Source of the DNA: Microcoleus sp.
Lineage (GTDB): Bacteria; Cyanobacteriota; Cyanobacteriia; Cyanobacteriales; Microcoleaceae
NCBI GenBank assembly: GCA_052279835.1
Contig: CP181291.1
Location: 3,072,001 to 3,136,000, forward strand
Direction of reading: 5' to 3'
DNA length: 64,000 nt
Every line of letters begins with the position of its first letter. The stretch's first letter is position 1. Both the position numbers and the translations under genes were made by a program. This document shows positions 1 through 10,650 of the stretch, piece by piece. The notes beneath the pieces are model-generated. The model saw only the letters and a program-made list of their open reading frames with translations, had not been told where the DNA came from and ran no database searches.

Positions 1-821
1 ATCACGGCGCAAATCGAATAGAATCCGTGGAGGAAGGCTGGCTAAGAGAAATGGAAATCATGGATGTACCAGTTATTTTAGTGCTGACTCAAACTACATC
101 GAAAAAACCGAGCGAGTTTTTCAAGCAACTGGAACACATGAATTTACCAGTCAGTCAAATCATCCCCGTCATGGCGGAACCGGAAGAAATTGATGAGGAC
201 TATACAGTAAAATCTCACGGTTTAGACAAGTTGGTCGATGCCACTTTTCAACTGCTACCGGAAGTAGCTAAAAAAGCTTTTGTTAAAGAGCAAATTGCCA
301 ATATTGCACTTAAGTCTGATATGGCATTTAAATATCTCAGTGCCTATGTTGCAGGTTCTGCGATTATCGGTGCGACTCCTATACCGTTTGCTGATGCGCC
401 AATTTTGATGACGATGCAAACGGCAATGATTGCGAATATTACTGTGATTTTTGGAATGCCTTTTGATAAGGGGTTTATCTCCGCAATGCTATCAGCTATT
501 AGCGGCAGTGGTGGGGTTACTGCTGTGGGCAGAAGCATTGTGACTAATTTGATTAAAATGATTCCCGGTGCGGGTACAATTGTGGGTGGTGCTATCTCTG
601 GTGCTACGGCAGCAACTCTCACCCTGGCTCTGGGTTTGGCTTATATTGAAGTGCTAAAAACTTATATGAAATCTCAAATTAATGGAGAACAAATTTCTTT
701 GCCACAGTTAACTAAAATGTTGGTGGATTTGTATAAGGATTATGCAACTTCGGGACGCAAAACTTTGCTGGATGATAAGCAGAATCAACCGAAGCCTCCT
801 AATCAAATTGATATTCAGTAG
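1..821 (+). CDS. GTPase/YcjF (DUF697)-type protein, 5' partial
   Basis: Frame is open from the window start; C-terminal 'ATPIPFADAPIL...KMIPGAGTIVGGAISGATA' is typical of YcjF/DUF697 tails. Confidence 0.7.
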   Translation, partial: HGANRIESVEEGWLREMEIMDVPVILVLTQTTSKKPSEFFKQLEHMNLPVSQIIPVMAEPEEIDEDYTVKSHGLDKLVDATFQLLPEVAKKAFVKEQIANIALKSDMAFKYLSAYVAGSAIIGATPIPFADAPILMTMQTAMIANITVIFGMPFDKGFISAMLSAISGSGGVTAVGRSIVTNLIKMIPGAGTIVGGAISGATAATLTLALGLAYIEVLKTYMKSQINGEQISLPQLTKMLVDLYKDYATSGRKTLLDDKQNQPKPPNQIDIQ

Positions 822-972
822 ATGGGCCATGGGGCATGGGGCATGGGGAACCCCCCCCTGCCCCCCCCAAGGGGGGAAAAACATCGGGCATTGGTTAGTT
901 CCAATTACCAATTACCCATTCCCAATTCCCCATTCCCAATTCCCAATTACCCATTCCCAATTCTCAATTTCC
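822..972. repeat. Heptamer tandem repeats (GGGCATG / CCCAATT / CCCATTC) around a C/G-run hairpin
   Basis: Visible 7-nt periodicity; the cccccccctgccccccccaagggggg hairpin recurs near 6527, 13570 and 13672. Confidence 0.8.
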
Positions 973-1014
973 ATAGATTGCTATAATATGAGTGAATTCT
1001 GCAAAAGGGAGTAA

Positions 1015-1560
1015 ATGGCTATGGTAATGGCAGCCGTTTTATCAGAAAATGTTTCTCTAGAAGACTTTATAGCCAGTCCCCCCGACGATATGGAATGGGT
1101 GGATGGGCAAATCGCGGAGAAAAATGGCATGACAGTAAAACACAGTCGCATCCAATCCAGACTAGATTATTCTTGGAGAAGCTACAAAAATTCTAGCGGA
1201 CAAGGTGGCGAAGTCTATACGGAGGTTCCTTGTCGTACTGACAGGCGAGTACGCCGTCCTGATGTAGCTTATCTGACTTCTGAACTTGTTGATCAATATG
1301 GTGATGTTCCTACTTTTCCTCAAAGTCCGCTGTTAGTTGCTGAAATAGTTTCTCCGACTGATATTGCGGAAGATGTTTTTCTGAAAGCACAAGAGTATCT
1401 GGATTCTGGTTGTTGGGAAGTTTGGATAGTTTTTCCAGAAAGTCGGTGGATAATGATAATGACTCAAACTCAAAAGTTAGCGTTTAATTCCGGTGACGTA
1501 ATCAGCACTCAGTTAGTCCTACTGGGTTTTAGTGTTGCGGTTGATGAGTTGTTGGGTTGA
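1015..1560 (+). CDS. Uma2 (DUF820) family endonuclease-like protein
   Basis: EWVDG, RRPDVAY, LVAEIVSP, KAQEYLDSG motifs. Confidence 0.9.
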   Translation: MAMVMAAVLSENVSLEDFIASPPDDMEWVDGQIAEKNGMTVKHSRIQSRLDYSWRSYKNSSGQGGEVYTEVPCRTDRRVRRPDVAYLTSELVDQYGDVPTFPQSPLLVAEIVSPTDIAEDVFLKAQEYLDSGCWEVWIVFPESRWIMIMTQTQKLAFNSGDVISTQLVLLGFSVAVDELLG

Positions 1561-1782
1561 AAGGAAAAATTAGTTATTAAAAGATTCTAATATTTTGTAC
1601 AGCCTTGGACGCACTCATGGGCGTTATTGCAAAGTTTTGAGATTCTTGGTTTCACTCAGAATGACAAAATTACGCAAAATTTTGTAAATTTGCACAAAAT
1701 CTCGAATGGCGGTAAGATATTTATTGCTTTGTTGGCAGATATAACGTAAATTCCGATCGCCATTAAAACCAATAATCAAAAT

Positions 1783-2100
1783 ATGTCCAAGACTTACACC
1801 GTTGAATTACTTCACCAAGGCAATACCTACACCGTAGAAGTTCCCGAAGACAAACAAATTCTGCGCGCCGCCAACGCCGCCGGCATTGAGTTGCCAAGTT
1901 CTTGCAATGCAGGGGTTTGTACCACCTGTGCTGCTAAAGTTATGGAAGGCCAAGTCGAACAAACTGATTGCATGGGCGTTAGTCCCGATCTCCAAAAGGA
2001 AGGTTACGTGTTGCTATGCGTGGCTTACCCCCGATCGAACTTGAAGATAGAAACCGAAAAAGAAGATATTGTCTACCATCGCCAGTTCGGTAAACCCTAG
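1783..2100 (+). CDS. Plant-type 2Fe-2S ferredoxin
   Basis: PSSCNAGVCTTC...VLLCVAYPRS. Confidence 0.95.
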   Translation: MSKTYTVELLHQGNTYTVEVPEDKQILRAANAAGIELPSSCNAGVCTTCAAKVMEGQVEQTDCMGVSPDLQKEGYVLLCVAYPRSNLKIETEKEDIVYHRQFGKP

Positions 2101-2165
2101 AATTAAGTTAAAATGGATACAATTACCGATCGCGGTATCACCATTCAAGAATTACGGACAAGCCT

Positions 2166-2369
2166 ATGACTACCCATTTCATTTCCGCAGAAGTCCACCT
2201 CCACGATACAGCCGAAGAACTCCACTCGGCGATCGAGATTGAACTGCAAAAGCACGGTGAACCCCTGCGCTGGGCTGTCACAGATGTTGATGTTGATCGC
2301 CAAAAAGCCGTGGTAGAAGGCTACGTCCTCCTAGAATCCGCCGTAGAACCATCCCTGGCAACAGCGTGA
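2166..2369 (+). CDS. Small cyanobacterial hypothetical protein
   Basis: GEPLRWAVT motif; overlaps the next gene by 4 nt. Confidence 0.7.
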   Translation: MTTHFISAEVHLHDTAEELHSAIEIELQKHGEPLRWAVTDVDVDRQKAVVEGYVLLESAVEPSLATA

Positions 2370-3517
2370 ACCGGCGTCCTTTGACAGTGGTGTTGATAGT
2401 TCCCACAGGCGTTGGAGCGTCCATCGGGGGCTTTGCAGGGGATGCCCTACCTGTGGCTAGGGCGATCGCCCAAATTTCAGATACCCTGATTACTCACCCC
2501 AACGTCCTCAACGGCGCTCAACTCTATTGGCCGATACCTAACGCTCTTTATGTCGAAGGCTATGGCCTTGACAAATTTGCACAGGGATGCTGGGGTCTAC
2601 AACCAGTACATCAAAATCGGATTGGCTTAATCCTCGATCGCGGCATCGAACCAGACTTGCAGTTGCGCCACTTGCAAGCCGTTGATGCTGCTAGAGCTAC
2701 ATTAGGTTTGAACATAACAGATTATGTTTTAACCGATGTTCCCCTGAATGTAGAATTGCGAATGTCGGAATCAGGGGCATCTTGGGGGACGATCGCCAAT
2801 CCAGACAGTCTATTACGCGCCGCCGAAAAATTAATTACCCAAGCAAAAGTAGAGGCGATCGCCGTTGTAGCGAGATTTCCTGACGACGCAGGCAGTCTCG
2901 CCCTCGCCAACTACCGCCACGGCAAAGGAGTTGACCCTCTCGCGGGCGCTGAAGCAGCGATCAGTCACCTGATTGTCAGAACATTTAAAATCCCCTGTGC
3001 TCACGCTCCTGCCCTGTTGCCGTTACCTCTCGATCCGCATCTGTCACCGCGATCGGCTGCTGAAGAAATCGGCTATACTTTCCTACCCTGCGTGCTAGCA
3101 GGGCTAAGCAAAGCGCCTCAGTTTGTCACCCTGGGAACCGCAGAGAGAGACACAGACAAAAACAGAAAGCATAGCCAATTACCAATTACCAATTACCAAT
3201 TACCAATTACTGCCGATCGAGTTGATGCGGTGGTGATACCCGCCACAGCCTGCGGTGGCAGTGCTATCCTGAGTTTAAGCGGGCGATCGGCTATACAAAT
3301 CATTGCAGTGGCCGATAACAAAACCCAAATGCAAGTTCCTCCAGAAAAACTCGGAATCAAAGCTTTGCAGGTAAACTCATATTTAGAGGCGATCGGAGTA
3401 TTGGTTGCTTTACGAGCAGGCATCACACCAGTTGCCTTGGGTGCAGACATTTCCCCCTTGCGGTGTTTGTCGGACTCAACTAAACAAATCTCAAATCTTA
3501 AATCTAAAATTGATTAA
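2366..3517 (+). CDS. DUF3326 family protein
   Basis: LIVPTGVGASIGGFAGDA, THPNVLNGA, GVDPLAGAEAAISH. Confidence 0.9.
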   Translation: MNRRPLTVVLIVPTGVGASIGGFAGDALPVARAIAQISDTLITHPNVLNGAQLYWPIPNALYVEGYGLDKFAQGCWGLQPVHQNRIGLILDRGIEPDLQLRHLQAVDAARATLGLNITDYVLTDVPLNVELRMSESGASWGTIANPDSLLRAAEKLITQAKVEAIAVVARFPDDAGSLALANYRHGKGVDPLAGAEAAISHLIVRTFKIPCAHAPALLPLPLDPHLSPRSAAEEIGYTFLPCVLAGLSKAPQFVTLGTAERDTDKNRKHSQLPITNYQLPITADRVDAVVIPATACGGSAILSLSGRSAIQIIAVADNKTQMQVPPEKLGIKALQVNSYLEAIGVLVALRAGITPVALGADISPLRCLSDSTKQISNLKSKID

Positions 3518-4114
3518 GTGGCAGAAAAAATTCCCGAAAATCCCGAATTTGAACCATTGACACGTACCCAAGTTTTAGTAGCAATGGGCGTGACAGCAAT
3601 TATATTGCTGGCGGTAGCTAAATTGTGGTTGCTATTTGGATCGGTATCGCTTTTGCCAGTCAAATTAATTGGAATTGACTTACTCAAAGGATGTACGATC
3701 GGATTAGTCATTTCCGGCGGTAGTGCGATCGTTTATCACCTCTGGCCCGGTTATCGGCGCAGTGCCAACGTTTACCTAGAAGTAGTCCTCAAACCCTTAT
3801 TTTGGCCAGATTTAATTTGGTTGGGATTATTACCCGGACTTAGCGAAGAATTGCTATTTCGAGGCGTGATGATGTCGGCTTTAGGATTAAATGCTACCGG
3901 TTTAATTTTATCCAGTTTTTGCTTTGGCATTTTGCACCTAGGAGGCATCGATCAGTGGCCCTACGCAGTTTGGGCAACTGCTGTGGGATTGTTATTAGGC
4001 TACAGTTTTTTAGATACTGGAAATTTGTTAGTCCCAATTTTAGCTCATATTTGTACAAATCTGATTTCAAGCTGTGTTTGGAAGTGGGAAAACCAAACAG
4101 CCAATCGATTTTAA
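3518..4114 (+). CDS. CPBP (Abi/CAAX) intramembrane glutamic protease
   Basis: EELLFRG, FGILH and HxxxN motifs. Confidence 0.9.
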   Translation: MAEKIPENPEFEPLTRTQVLVAMGVTAIILLAVAKLWLLFGSVSLLPVKLIGIDLLKGCTIGLVISGGSAIVYHLWPGYRRSANVYLEVVLKPLFWPDLIWLGLLPGLSEELLFRGVMMSALGLNATGLILSSFCFGILHLGGIDQWPYAVWATAVGLLLGYSFLDTGNLLVPILAHICTNLISSCVWKWENQTANRF

Positions 4115-4122
4115 AATTGTGT

Positions 4123-4142
4123 AACAGGCCCGAAAGCCTGTT
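4123..4142. terminator. Hairpin between convergent genes
   Basis: AACAGGC-ccgaaa-GCCTGTT. Confidence 0.45.
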
Positions 4143-4170
4143 CACAGCTTGGTATTTACCAGAGCTCTAT

Positions 4171-5457
4171 TTAACCGTTAACATAATAATTGCGCGTTCC
4201 CTTCGCATTCATCGCTTCTCCCAGTCGGTTTAACCCGTAGACGTAAGCAGCAGTTCTCATACAAACTGATAACTCCTGAGCTATTTTCCAGATAGCCTCA
4301 GTTTCTTCCACCATTTTATGCTTCAAGCGCTGATTAACTTCCTCCAGACTCCAATAAAGTCCGCTACGGTTTTGCACCCACTCAAAGTAACTAACCGTTA
4401 CGCCTCCAGCATTGACTAAAATATCAGGAATTACCTGAATTCCCCTGGCTTCTAAAATCAAATCAGCAGCGGAATCAATGGGACCATTAGCTACTTCAAA
4501 AATAAACTTAGCCTGAATGCTATCGACATTTGCTTCGGTGATTTGATTTTCCAAAGCCGCGGGAATCAACACATCTACATCTAAAGCTAAAATTTGCTGA
4601 TTAGTCAAAATTTCGTGTTCGACAATATTGCAAACAGTGCCTTCACAATAAATAGCTTTGATACCTTTATTCGAGTCTTTAAAACTGCGGATGCTGGGAA
4701 TATCCAAACCTTGTTTAGCATAAATCCCCCCTTGGGAATCGCTAACTGCCACAACTTTGTAACCTGCTTTCCAGAGTAGTTCTGCTATTTCTGCACCGGC
4801 ATTGCCAAAACCTTGTACTGCCACAGTGGTATTTTGAGGAACTAACTCATATTTTGCCAGAATATTTTCTAATACAAAAAAAGCCCCGGTTGCTGTAGCC
4901 GTATCTCGACCTAAACTACCACCAATTGTTACAGGTTTACCAGTCACAACCGCTGGACAAAGTTGCCGTTTAATGGTATTATATTGATCCATCATCCAAC
5001 CCATAATCATGGGATTTGTGTAAACATCAGGTGCGGGAATATCGATATCTGGACCAATGAAATCGGCGATCGCATCCACATAGCCGCGGCTCAATCTTTC
5101 CAATTCCAGTTTAGACAATTCCTTGGGATTTACAGTAATTCCTCCCTTGGCTCCTCCAAAGGGCAAGTTCAAAACTGCACATTTAAAAGTCATCCAAAAT
5201 GCTAAGGATTGCACTTCGTCCAGGGATACTTTGGGATGGTAGCGCACTCCTCCTTTGGACGGGCCTCTGGTATTGTCGTAGCGCACTCGATAACCTTGAA
5301 AAATTCGCAGAGAACCATCGTCCATCCGCACGGGAATTGATACAATTAAACTAGATTTGGGATATTTGAGCCGTTCGATCGTATCCTCGGAAAGGGATAC
5401 ATATTTTAAGGCTCGTTCTAATCGGCGGCTGGCATCAGTAAACAATGATTCAGACAT
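4171..5457 (-). CDS. gdhA: Glutamate dehydrogenase (Glu/Leu/Phe/Val family)
   Basis: GPSKGGVRY, GGAKGG, DIPAPDV, VQGFGNAG, NAGGVTVSYFEWVQN; ATG at 5457 chosen as start. Confidence 0.93.
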   Translation of the reverse strand: MSESLFTDASRRLERALKYVSLSEDTIERLKYPKSSLIVSIPVRMDDGSLRIFQGYRVRYDNTRGPSKGGVRYHPKVSLDEVQSLAFWMTFKCAVLNLPFGGAKGGITVNPKELSKLELERLSRGYVDAIADFIGPDIDIPAPDVYTNPMIMGWMMDQYNTIKRQLCPAVVTGKPVTIGGSLGRDTATATGAFFVLENILAKYELVPQNTTVAVQGFGNAGAEIAELLWKAGYKVVAVSDSQGGIYAKQGLDIPSIRSFKDSNKGIKAIYCEGTVCNIVEHEILTNQQILALDVDVLIPAALENQITEANVDSIQAKFIFEVANGPIDSAADLILEARGIQVIPDILVNAGGVTVSYFEWVQNRSGLYWSLEEVNQRLKHKMVEETEAIWKIAQELSVCMRTAAYVYGLNRLGEAMNAKGTRNYYVNG

Positions 5458-5735
5458 AATTAAGAAGGAAGAAGGAATCGGAAATTCGGAAGCAGATTTG
5501 CTCAGCAATTTAACTTAATAATACTTATATACACTGACAACAGTCAACAACTTTGTCTCGATCGAATATCTGCAATCCCCAGCCACGAATTAAGCATTTA
5601 GACTTACAATAGACAGTAATAGTGAACTCAAAGCAAAGCTTGAGCTCGATCGCTTGCATCAAAGCCAGCCATTAGGGTAAGGAAAACCTGACATCGATCG
5701 ACTAATTAACTCACCTTCTTAACTAAATAATTATT

Positions 5736-6348
5736 ATGCTTGGACTCCTAGCTGCCCTCTCTGCGTCGGCGGCGGGGGGTATGAGAATTGCCATGCCCCT
5801 GCTGTTAATTGGTTTGTTACGCATCGATAAACTTTGGTCAGAAATACCTCTATTGTCGGGGCTTCACCCCCAAGTGGTGATAGCAATTTTGGTGAGTTGG
5901 TCGCTATTAGAATTATTTGCTTCTAAAACCTTTGTGGGACAACGGGTGTTGCAAATTGTGCAAGTTATTTTCAGCCCCATTGTAGGAGCAATTATGGCAA
6001 TTGCGATCGCTCAGGTAAGTTCCATCGACGAACTTGTTGCTCACCCTTGGATGCTGTGGATTATTGGTATTGTCGGAGGTTTGTTGGCTTTAGTGCTGCA
6101 ACTGGTGCAAGCAGGATGGCTTTATCGCCTGAAGGTGTTGCCGATTTGGCTGATTTTTGTTCAAGATGCTTTGTGTATTGCTTTGGTGTTATTTGCCTTT
6201 GATGCGCCGCGGCAAGGGGGATTGATTGCAATGTTGCTGCTGTGGCTGGCAATTCGCAGTTTCTAAAGAATGGTATCGCTGGTACAGGAGTCAAGCAACG
6301 CAAGGGTTATTAGGAAATCCCCGTCAAGGTAAACGCGATCCAGATTAA
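5736..6348 (+). CDS. DUF4126-like membrane protein with an apparent +1 frameshift near the C-terminus
   Basis: Hydrophobic ORF stops at 6266; removing one T at 6260-6262 extends it with SSKEWYRWY...RDPD* to 6348. Confidence 0.7.
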
Positions 6349-6360
6349 TTTAATGATTAG

Positions 6361-6493
6361 TTATTAGTTATTAGTTATTAGTTATTAGTTATTGGTTATT
6401 GGTTATTGGTTATTGGTTATTAGTTATTAGTTATTAGTTATTAGTTATTAGTTATTAGTTATTTGTTATTTGTTATTTGTTATTTGTTATTTG
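6361..6493. repeat. 19-unit heptamer tandem array (STRR-like)
   Basis: 4x TTATTAG, 4x TTATTGG, 6x TTATTAG, 5x TTATTTG. Confidence 0.95.
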
Positions 6494-6631
6494 CTACCAA
6501 TACCCAATTCCAAACTCCCAATTCTGTCCCCCCAAGGGGGGTGTAGGGGGGGAAGCTAGACCCGCTTCCCCTCCTGGGAGGGGAAGCGGGTGGGTATGAT
6601 TCCCCATCATCATTTTGTTAAGAAACCGCCT

Positions 6632-7795
6632 TTAAAGTAAGCCGATCGAATGTAAAGGGCCGCGACCGGTAATTAACTCCAGCAAGAGTGCCATAAAACC
6701 AATCATCGCCACACGACCATTCCAGACTTCCGCCCCCGTAGTCAAACCCCATTCCCACTGCTCTTGAGGGTACATCTTCACTTTCTTGGAAGGGCGTACC
6801 ACATCAGAGAACTTAACACTGGGAGATTCGAGGGACTCGATGACTAAATCAGCCAAAGCCTCAATAAACACCGGATGAGTATTCAGGGCCGGCACTCGGT
6901 AGAAATTTTGAATTCCCGACTCTTGGGCCAATTCTCGATACTCCATGTCAATTTCTTGCAGAGTTTCGATGTGCTCGGAAACAAAACTAATCGGAACTAC
7001 TAACAAATCTTCGACTCCATTAGCCGCCAGTTCGGTAATGGCATCTTCGGTGTAAGGCTTGAGCCATTCCACCGGGCCGACCCGACTTTGATAGGCTAGA
7101 GTGTGTTCGTTCGATCGATTCAAATGCTCCATAATCAGACGAGTGCAATCTTCTATCTCGCGCTGATAGGGGTCTCCAGCCTCTTCTACATAGCTGAGTG
7201 GGACACCGTGGGCGCTAAAAAAGATATGAACTCGATCGGAATTAGGAATATGGTCTAATTCCTGGGCGATCAATTCAGACATTGCCTGAATGTAGCCTGG
7301 ACGATGATACCAAGAAGGAATAGCAGTATATTCCATCTCATTGAGTTCTGGATCTTTTCCCCAGATTTCTTCTAGTTGTCGGAAACTAGAACCGCTGGTA
7401 CTGATGGAAAATTGAGGATACAGTGGCAAGATTGCCAAATGTTCGATCCCATCGTGCTTAATTTGGGCAATAGCCTCTTCGGTAAAAGGATGCCAGTAGC
7501 GCATCCCCACATAAACACGCGCATCTTTTCCCTTGGACTCCAAGAGCTTTTGCAGCGCTAGCCCTTGTTCGTCTGTGATGCGACGCAAAGGAGAGCCGCC
7601 CCCGATTTGGCGGTAGTTTGCCTGGGATTTCTGAAAACGCAGGGTTGAAATCAACCAGGCGAGTGGTTTCTGCAACCAGGGAAACGGCAGGCGAATAATT
7701 TCCGGGTCAGCGAACAAGTTGAACAGGAAAGGGCGGACATCCTCGATTTTATCGGGTCCGCCCAAGTTTAATAGCAATACTCCTACACGGCCCAT
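6632..7795 (-). CDS. hemH: Ferrochelatase with C-terminal CAB domain
   Basis: [38 protein letters not shown] motif [12 protein letters not shown]. Confidence 0.97.
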   Translation of the reverse strand: MGRVGVLLLNLGGPDKIEDVRPFLFNLFADPEIIRLPFPWLQKPLAWLISTLRFQKSQANYRQIGGGSPLRRITDEQGLALQKLLESKGKDARVYVGMRYWHPFTEEAIAQIKHDGIEHLAILPLYPQFSISTSGSSFRQLEEIWGKDPELNEMEYTAIPSWYHRPGYIQAMSELIAQELDHIPNSDRVHIFFSAHGVPLSYVEEAGDPYQREIEDCTRLIMEHLNRSNEHTLAYQSRVGPVEWLKPYTEDAITELAANGVEDLLVVPISFVSEHIETLQEIDMEYRELAQESGIQNFYRVPALNTHPVFIEALADLVIESLESPSVKFSDVVRPSKKVKMYPQEQWEWGLTTGAEVWNGRVAMIGFMALLLELITGRGPLHSIGLL

Positions 7796-7839
7796 AACGG
7801 TTACAGCTCTCTCATCGTCCAGTTCTGTTACTTATTTTA

Positions 7840-7962
7840 TTGACATACTCACCGCTCTGTGAGGGCGGTTACTCTTGACAGTTGACGGGGATGTGCTGCC
7901 GAGGCAGTCTTACCTTCCCTCTTTGTCCATTTAGAGTCGTGCCGATGCCCCATGCCGACTTT
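7840..7962 (-). mobile_element. IS200/IS605-family right end / omegaRNA-like remnant lacking tnpA and tnpB
   Basis: Minus strand ends in the subterminal hairpin ACCGCCCTC-aca-GAGCGGT followed by GAGTATGTCAA; translates as a TnpB-like tail (KVGMGHRHDSKWTKREGKT...). Confidence 0.7.
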
Positions 7963-8030
7963 ATAATATAACTTCATAATATCTTAAGTCGATAGCAACG
8001 TATACATAATTTTGACTTTGGCAATAATTG

Positions 8031-9236
8031 CTAAACTTTCTCCTTAGCTGGCGGGACAATACCAATTTTATTTAAACCTGCATCAATATCCCTAAGTAAT
8101 TGAAAATCCGCCTCCGGCAAAAGGCTGACATCAGAGTGTTTTTCCAGAAAAGAAAATGCTTGCCGAAATTCACGAGAATTAGCTGCGACGGGACAATCAA
8201 AGTGACAGGGTATCACTCTTTCAAAATCCCAACTCGCCACTTGATGGACCCAATCCAGGGTTTCCTGGGGTGCGCGATTGAGAATCAAAGCTTGCAAAAT
8301 CGGTGCGACAAACAATCGCCCTCCTGACCGCAAGGCCTCAAACGATCGCCCCCAATCCGTTTTCCACTTGAAGGGAAACAAGCCGAAATAGGCTCTGGCA
8401 GAACGTTCATGGGCTTTGAGGGCTCCTGCTAATACAGATGACCACGATGGCACTTCCAACACGCTAGGACGAAAATACATGGCAAATAGAGCTATTCTCT
8501 GCCACCCTTTGCGCCGATTTTCCTGAGTTTCTGCCACGGGTTCCGAGGCGCTTTCCTTGGCATGAAATAATAAGGGATAAGAGTCGAGTTGGACGATCGC
8601 CGGTGGATTTTCAGGGATCGAAACCACAGAATCTGTTACCATCAGCGTGCGCGATCGCCTGTGAAATAGCGCCACTTCCGCAAACCAACCTAAGCGAAGG
8701 TCGATCGGACCTAGAATCGCCACATCAAATTGATCCGCAAAAGGCGCTTTGCTGCTGTCAGGGGAAAGTACAAAGGTGCGTTTAGCGGGAAAACCCAGCC
8801 AACTCAGGGGTAAATTCAGCGGAAAACTCCAATGCTGCGGGGCGACAAACACCAGGGCGGTGGGAAAACATCTAGCAAAGGGGCCGACAAAAACCTTGTG
8901 TTCGATGCCGGAAATAGTTGTCAGCAGGATATACTTAACCTCACCATGTTCTGCCACCAACTCGTTGAGCAAGCGGATACATTCAGGAGTAGGTGCCACG
9001 GGGGCGTAGACGAGAAGGCCTTCGGGTTCGAGTTTAATCACCGTCATCCGAATCGGGACAACGACGTAGAAAATGCCCTGAAGTTGGTCAAAAGTCCAGA
9101 TTGTGTCCTTAACGATTTCCTTGCGGATTGTCCGCCGCCTGCTGTAGGGATAGATGGGGACTAGGGGCCAAAAAGGCCAGGAAAAGTCCTTGGAATCAAT
9201 CTGTTCTGATATTGGTGTATCTTCGCCTGCTGTCAC
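8031..9236 (-). CDS. DUF4336 family protein (metallo-beta-lactamase-like)
   Basis: VPIRMTVIKL, GIEHKVFVGPFAR, IPCHFD. Confidence 0.85.
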   Translation of the reverse strand: MTAGEDTPISEQIDSKDFSWPFWPLVPIYPYSRRRTIRKEIVKDTIWTFDQLQGIFYVVVPIRMTVIKLEPEGLLVYAPVAPTPECIRLLNELVAEHGEVKYILLTTISGIEHKVFVGPFARCFPTALVFVAPQHWSFPLNLPLSWLGFPAKRTFVLSPDSSKAPFADQFDVAILGPIDLRLGWFAEVALFHRRSRTLMVTDSVVSIPENPPAIVQLDSYPLLFHAKESASEPVAETQENRRKGWQRIALFAMYFRPSVLEVPSWSSVLAGALKAHERSARAYFGLFPFKWKTDWGRSFEALRSGGRLFVAPILQALILNRAPQETLDWVHQVASWDFERVIPCHFDCPVAANSREFRQAFSFLEKHSDVSLLPEADFQLLRDIDAGLNKIGIVPPAKEKV

Positions 9237-9440
9237 GGAGAGACTCCTTCCAAATTGCTGTACGTGCGATCGAACTATAGCCGAAGCAAGAAGGAAGAAG
9301 GAAGCAGGAAGCAGGAAAATGCAATAAAAAGCAATGATTTAAGTAATTATAAACCTTTTTACTACAAACAACTTTCTCAAGTTTTAGGTAACTTGTCCTG
9401 ATATAATCATAAGTTCGCAAAATTTATCAACTTAGTAGCT

Positions 9441-10520
9441 ATGACACAAAACTACCGCATCACTCTTTTACCCGGAGACGGAATCGGTCCTGAAATTATC
9501 GCAGTAGCAGTAGATGTCCTGAAAATAGTCGGCAAACAATTCGACATCGGCTTTGATTTTCAAGAAGCTTTAATGGGAGGTGCTGCTATTGATGAAACAG
9601 GCAATCCACTCCCTGATGAAACCCTAGAAATTTGCCGCAACAGCGATGCCATATTATTAGCAGCCATCGGCGGTTACAAGTGGGATAATTTACCCCGCGA
9701 ACAACGGCCAGAAACGGGACTTTTAGGGCTGCGTGCCGGATTAGGTTTGTTTGCTAATTTGCGTCCCGCGACTATTTTACCTCAATTAGTTGATGCTTCT
9801 TCTTTGAAAAAGGAAGTTGTCGAAGGCGTGGATATTATGGTGATCCGCGAATTGACTGGGGGCATTTATTTTGGGAAGCCGAAGGGTATTTTTCAAACGG
9901 AAACTGGGGAAAAACGCGGTGTCAATACCATGGCTTATACCGAGTCAGAGATCGATCGCATCGGGCGAGTAGCTTTTGAGACGGCGATGAAGCGTGGGAA
10001 AAGGCTGTGTTCCGTGGATAAAGCGAATGTTTTGGATGTTTCGCAACTGTGGCGCGATCGCATAATTGCCCTTTCCTCAGAATACCCTGATGTGGAACTT
10101 TCTCACCTCTACGTTGACAATGCAGCAATGCAGTTAATCCGGTGGCCAAAACAGTTCGATACAATTGTAACTGGCAATTTATTCGGTGACATTCTTTCTG
10201 ATGCGGCAGCAATGTTAACTGGTAGTATTGGAATGCTACCTTCTGCTAGTTTGGGTGCCACTGGACCGGGAGTTTTTGAACCAGTTCACGGTTCTGCACC
10301 GGATATTGCTGGACAAGATAAAGCAAATCCGATCGCCCAAGTTTTGAGTGCAGCTATGATGTTACGATATGCTTTGAACCAACCGCAAGCCGCGACTAAG
10401 ATTGAGCAAGCGGTGGTGGAAGTTTTGGACCGAGGTTATCGCACTGGTGATATCATGTCAGAAGGCATGAAACTTGTCGGTTGTCGGGCGATGGGCAATG
10501 CCTTGATCGAAGTTTTGTAA
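9441..10520 (+). CDS. leuB: 3-isopropylmalate dehydrogenase
   Basis: [40 protein letters not shown]. Confidence 0.97.
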   Translation: MTQNYRITLLPGDGIGPEIIAVAVDVLKIVGKQFDIGFDFQEALMGGAAIDETGNPLPDETLEICRNSDAILLAAIGGYKWDNLPREQRPETGLLGLRAGLGLFANLRPATILPQLVDASSLKKEVVEGVDIMVIRELTGGIYFGKPKGIFQTETGEKRGVNTMAYTESEIDRIGRVAFETAMKRGKRLCSVDKANVLDVSQLWRDRIIALSSEYPDVELSHLYVDNAAMQLIRWPKQFDTIVTGNLFGDILSDAAAMLTGSIGMLPSASLGATGPGVFEPVHGSAPDIAGQDKANPIAQVLSAAMMLRYALNQPQAATKIEQAVVEVLDRGYRTGDIMSEGMKLVGCRAMGNALIEVL

Positions 10521-10539
10521 AGCAATAATTGTGTGTTGG

Positions 10540-10604
10540 GTAGGGGCGGGTTTTACTAATAATATATAACCCTCACCAACCATCTGTATCAACCCGCCCC
10601 ATAC
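10540..10604. repeat. GTAG-type REP-like doublet
   Basis: gtaggggcgggtttt ... aacccgccccatac inverted pair between convergent genes. Confidence 0.65.
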
Positions 10605-10650
10605 ATCATCCAAATCAATTGTGGGTTGGGCGGGGGCGGGTTTTTAGCAT

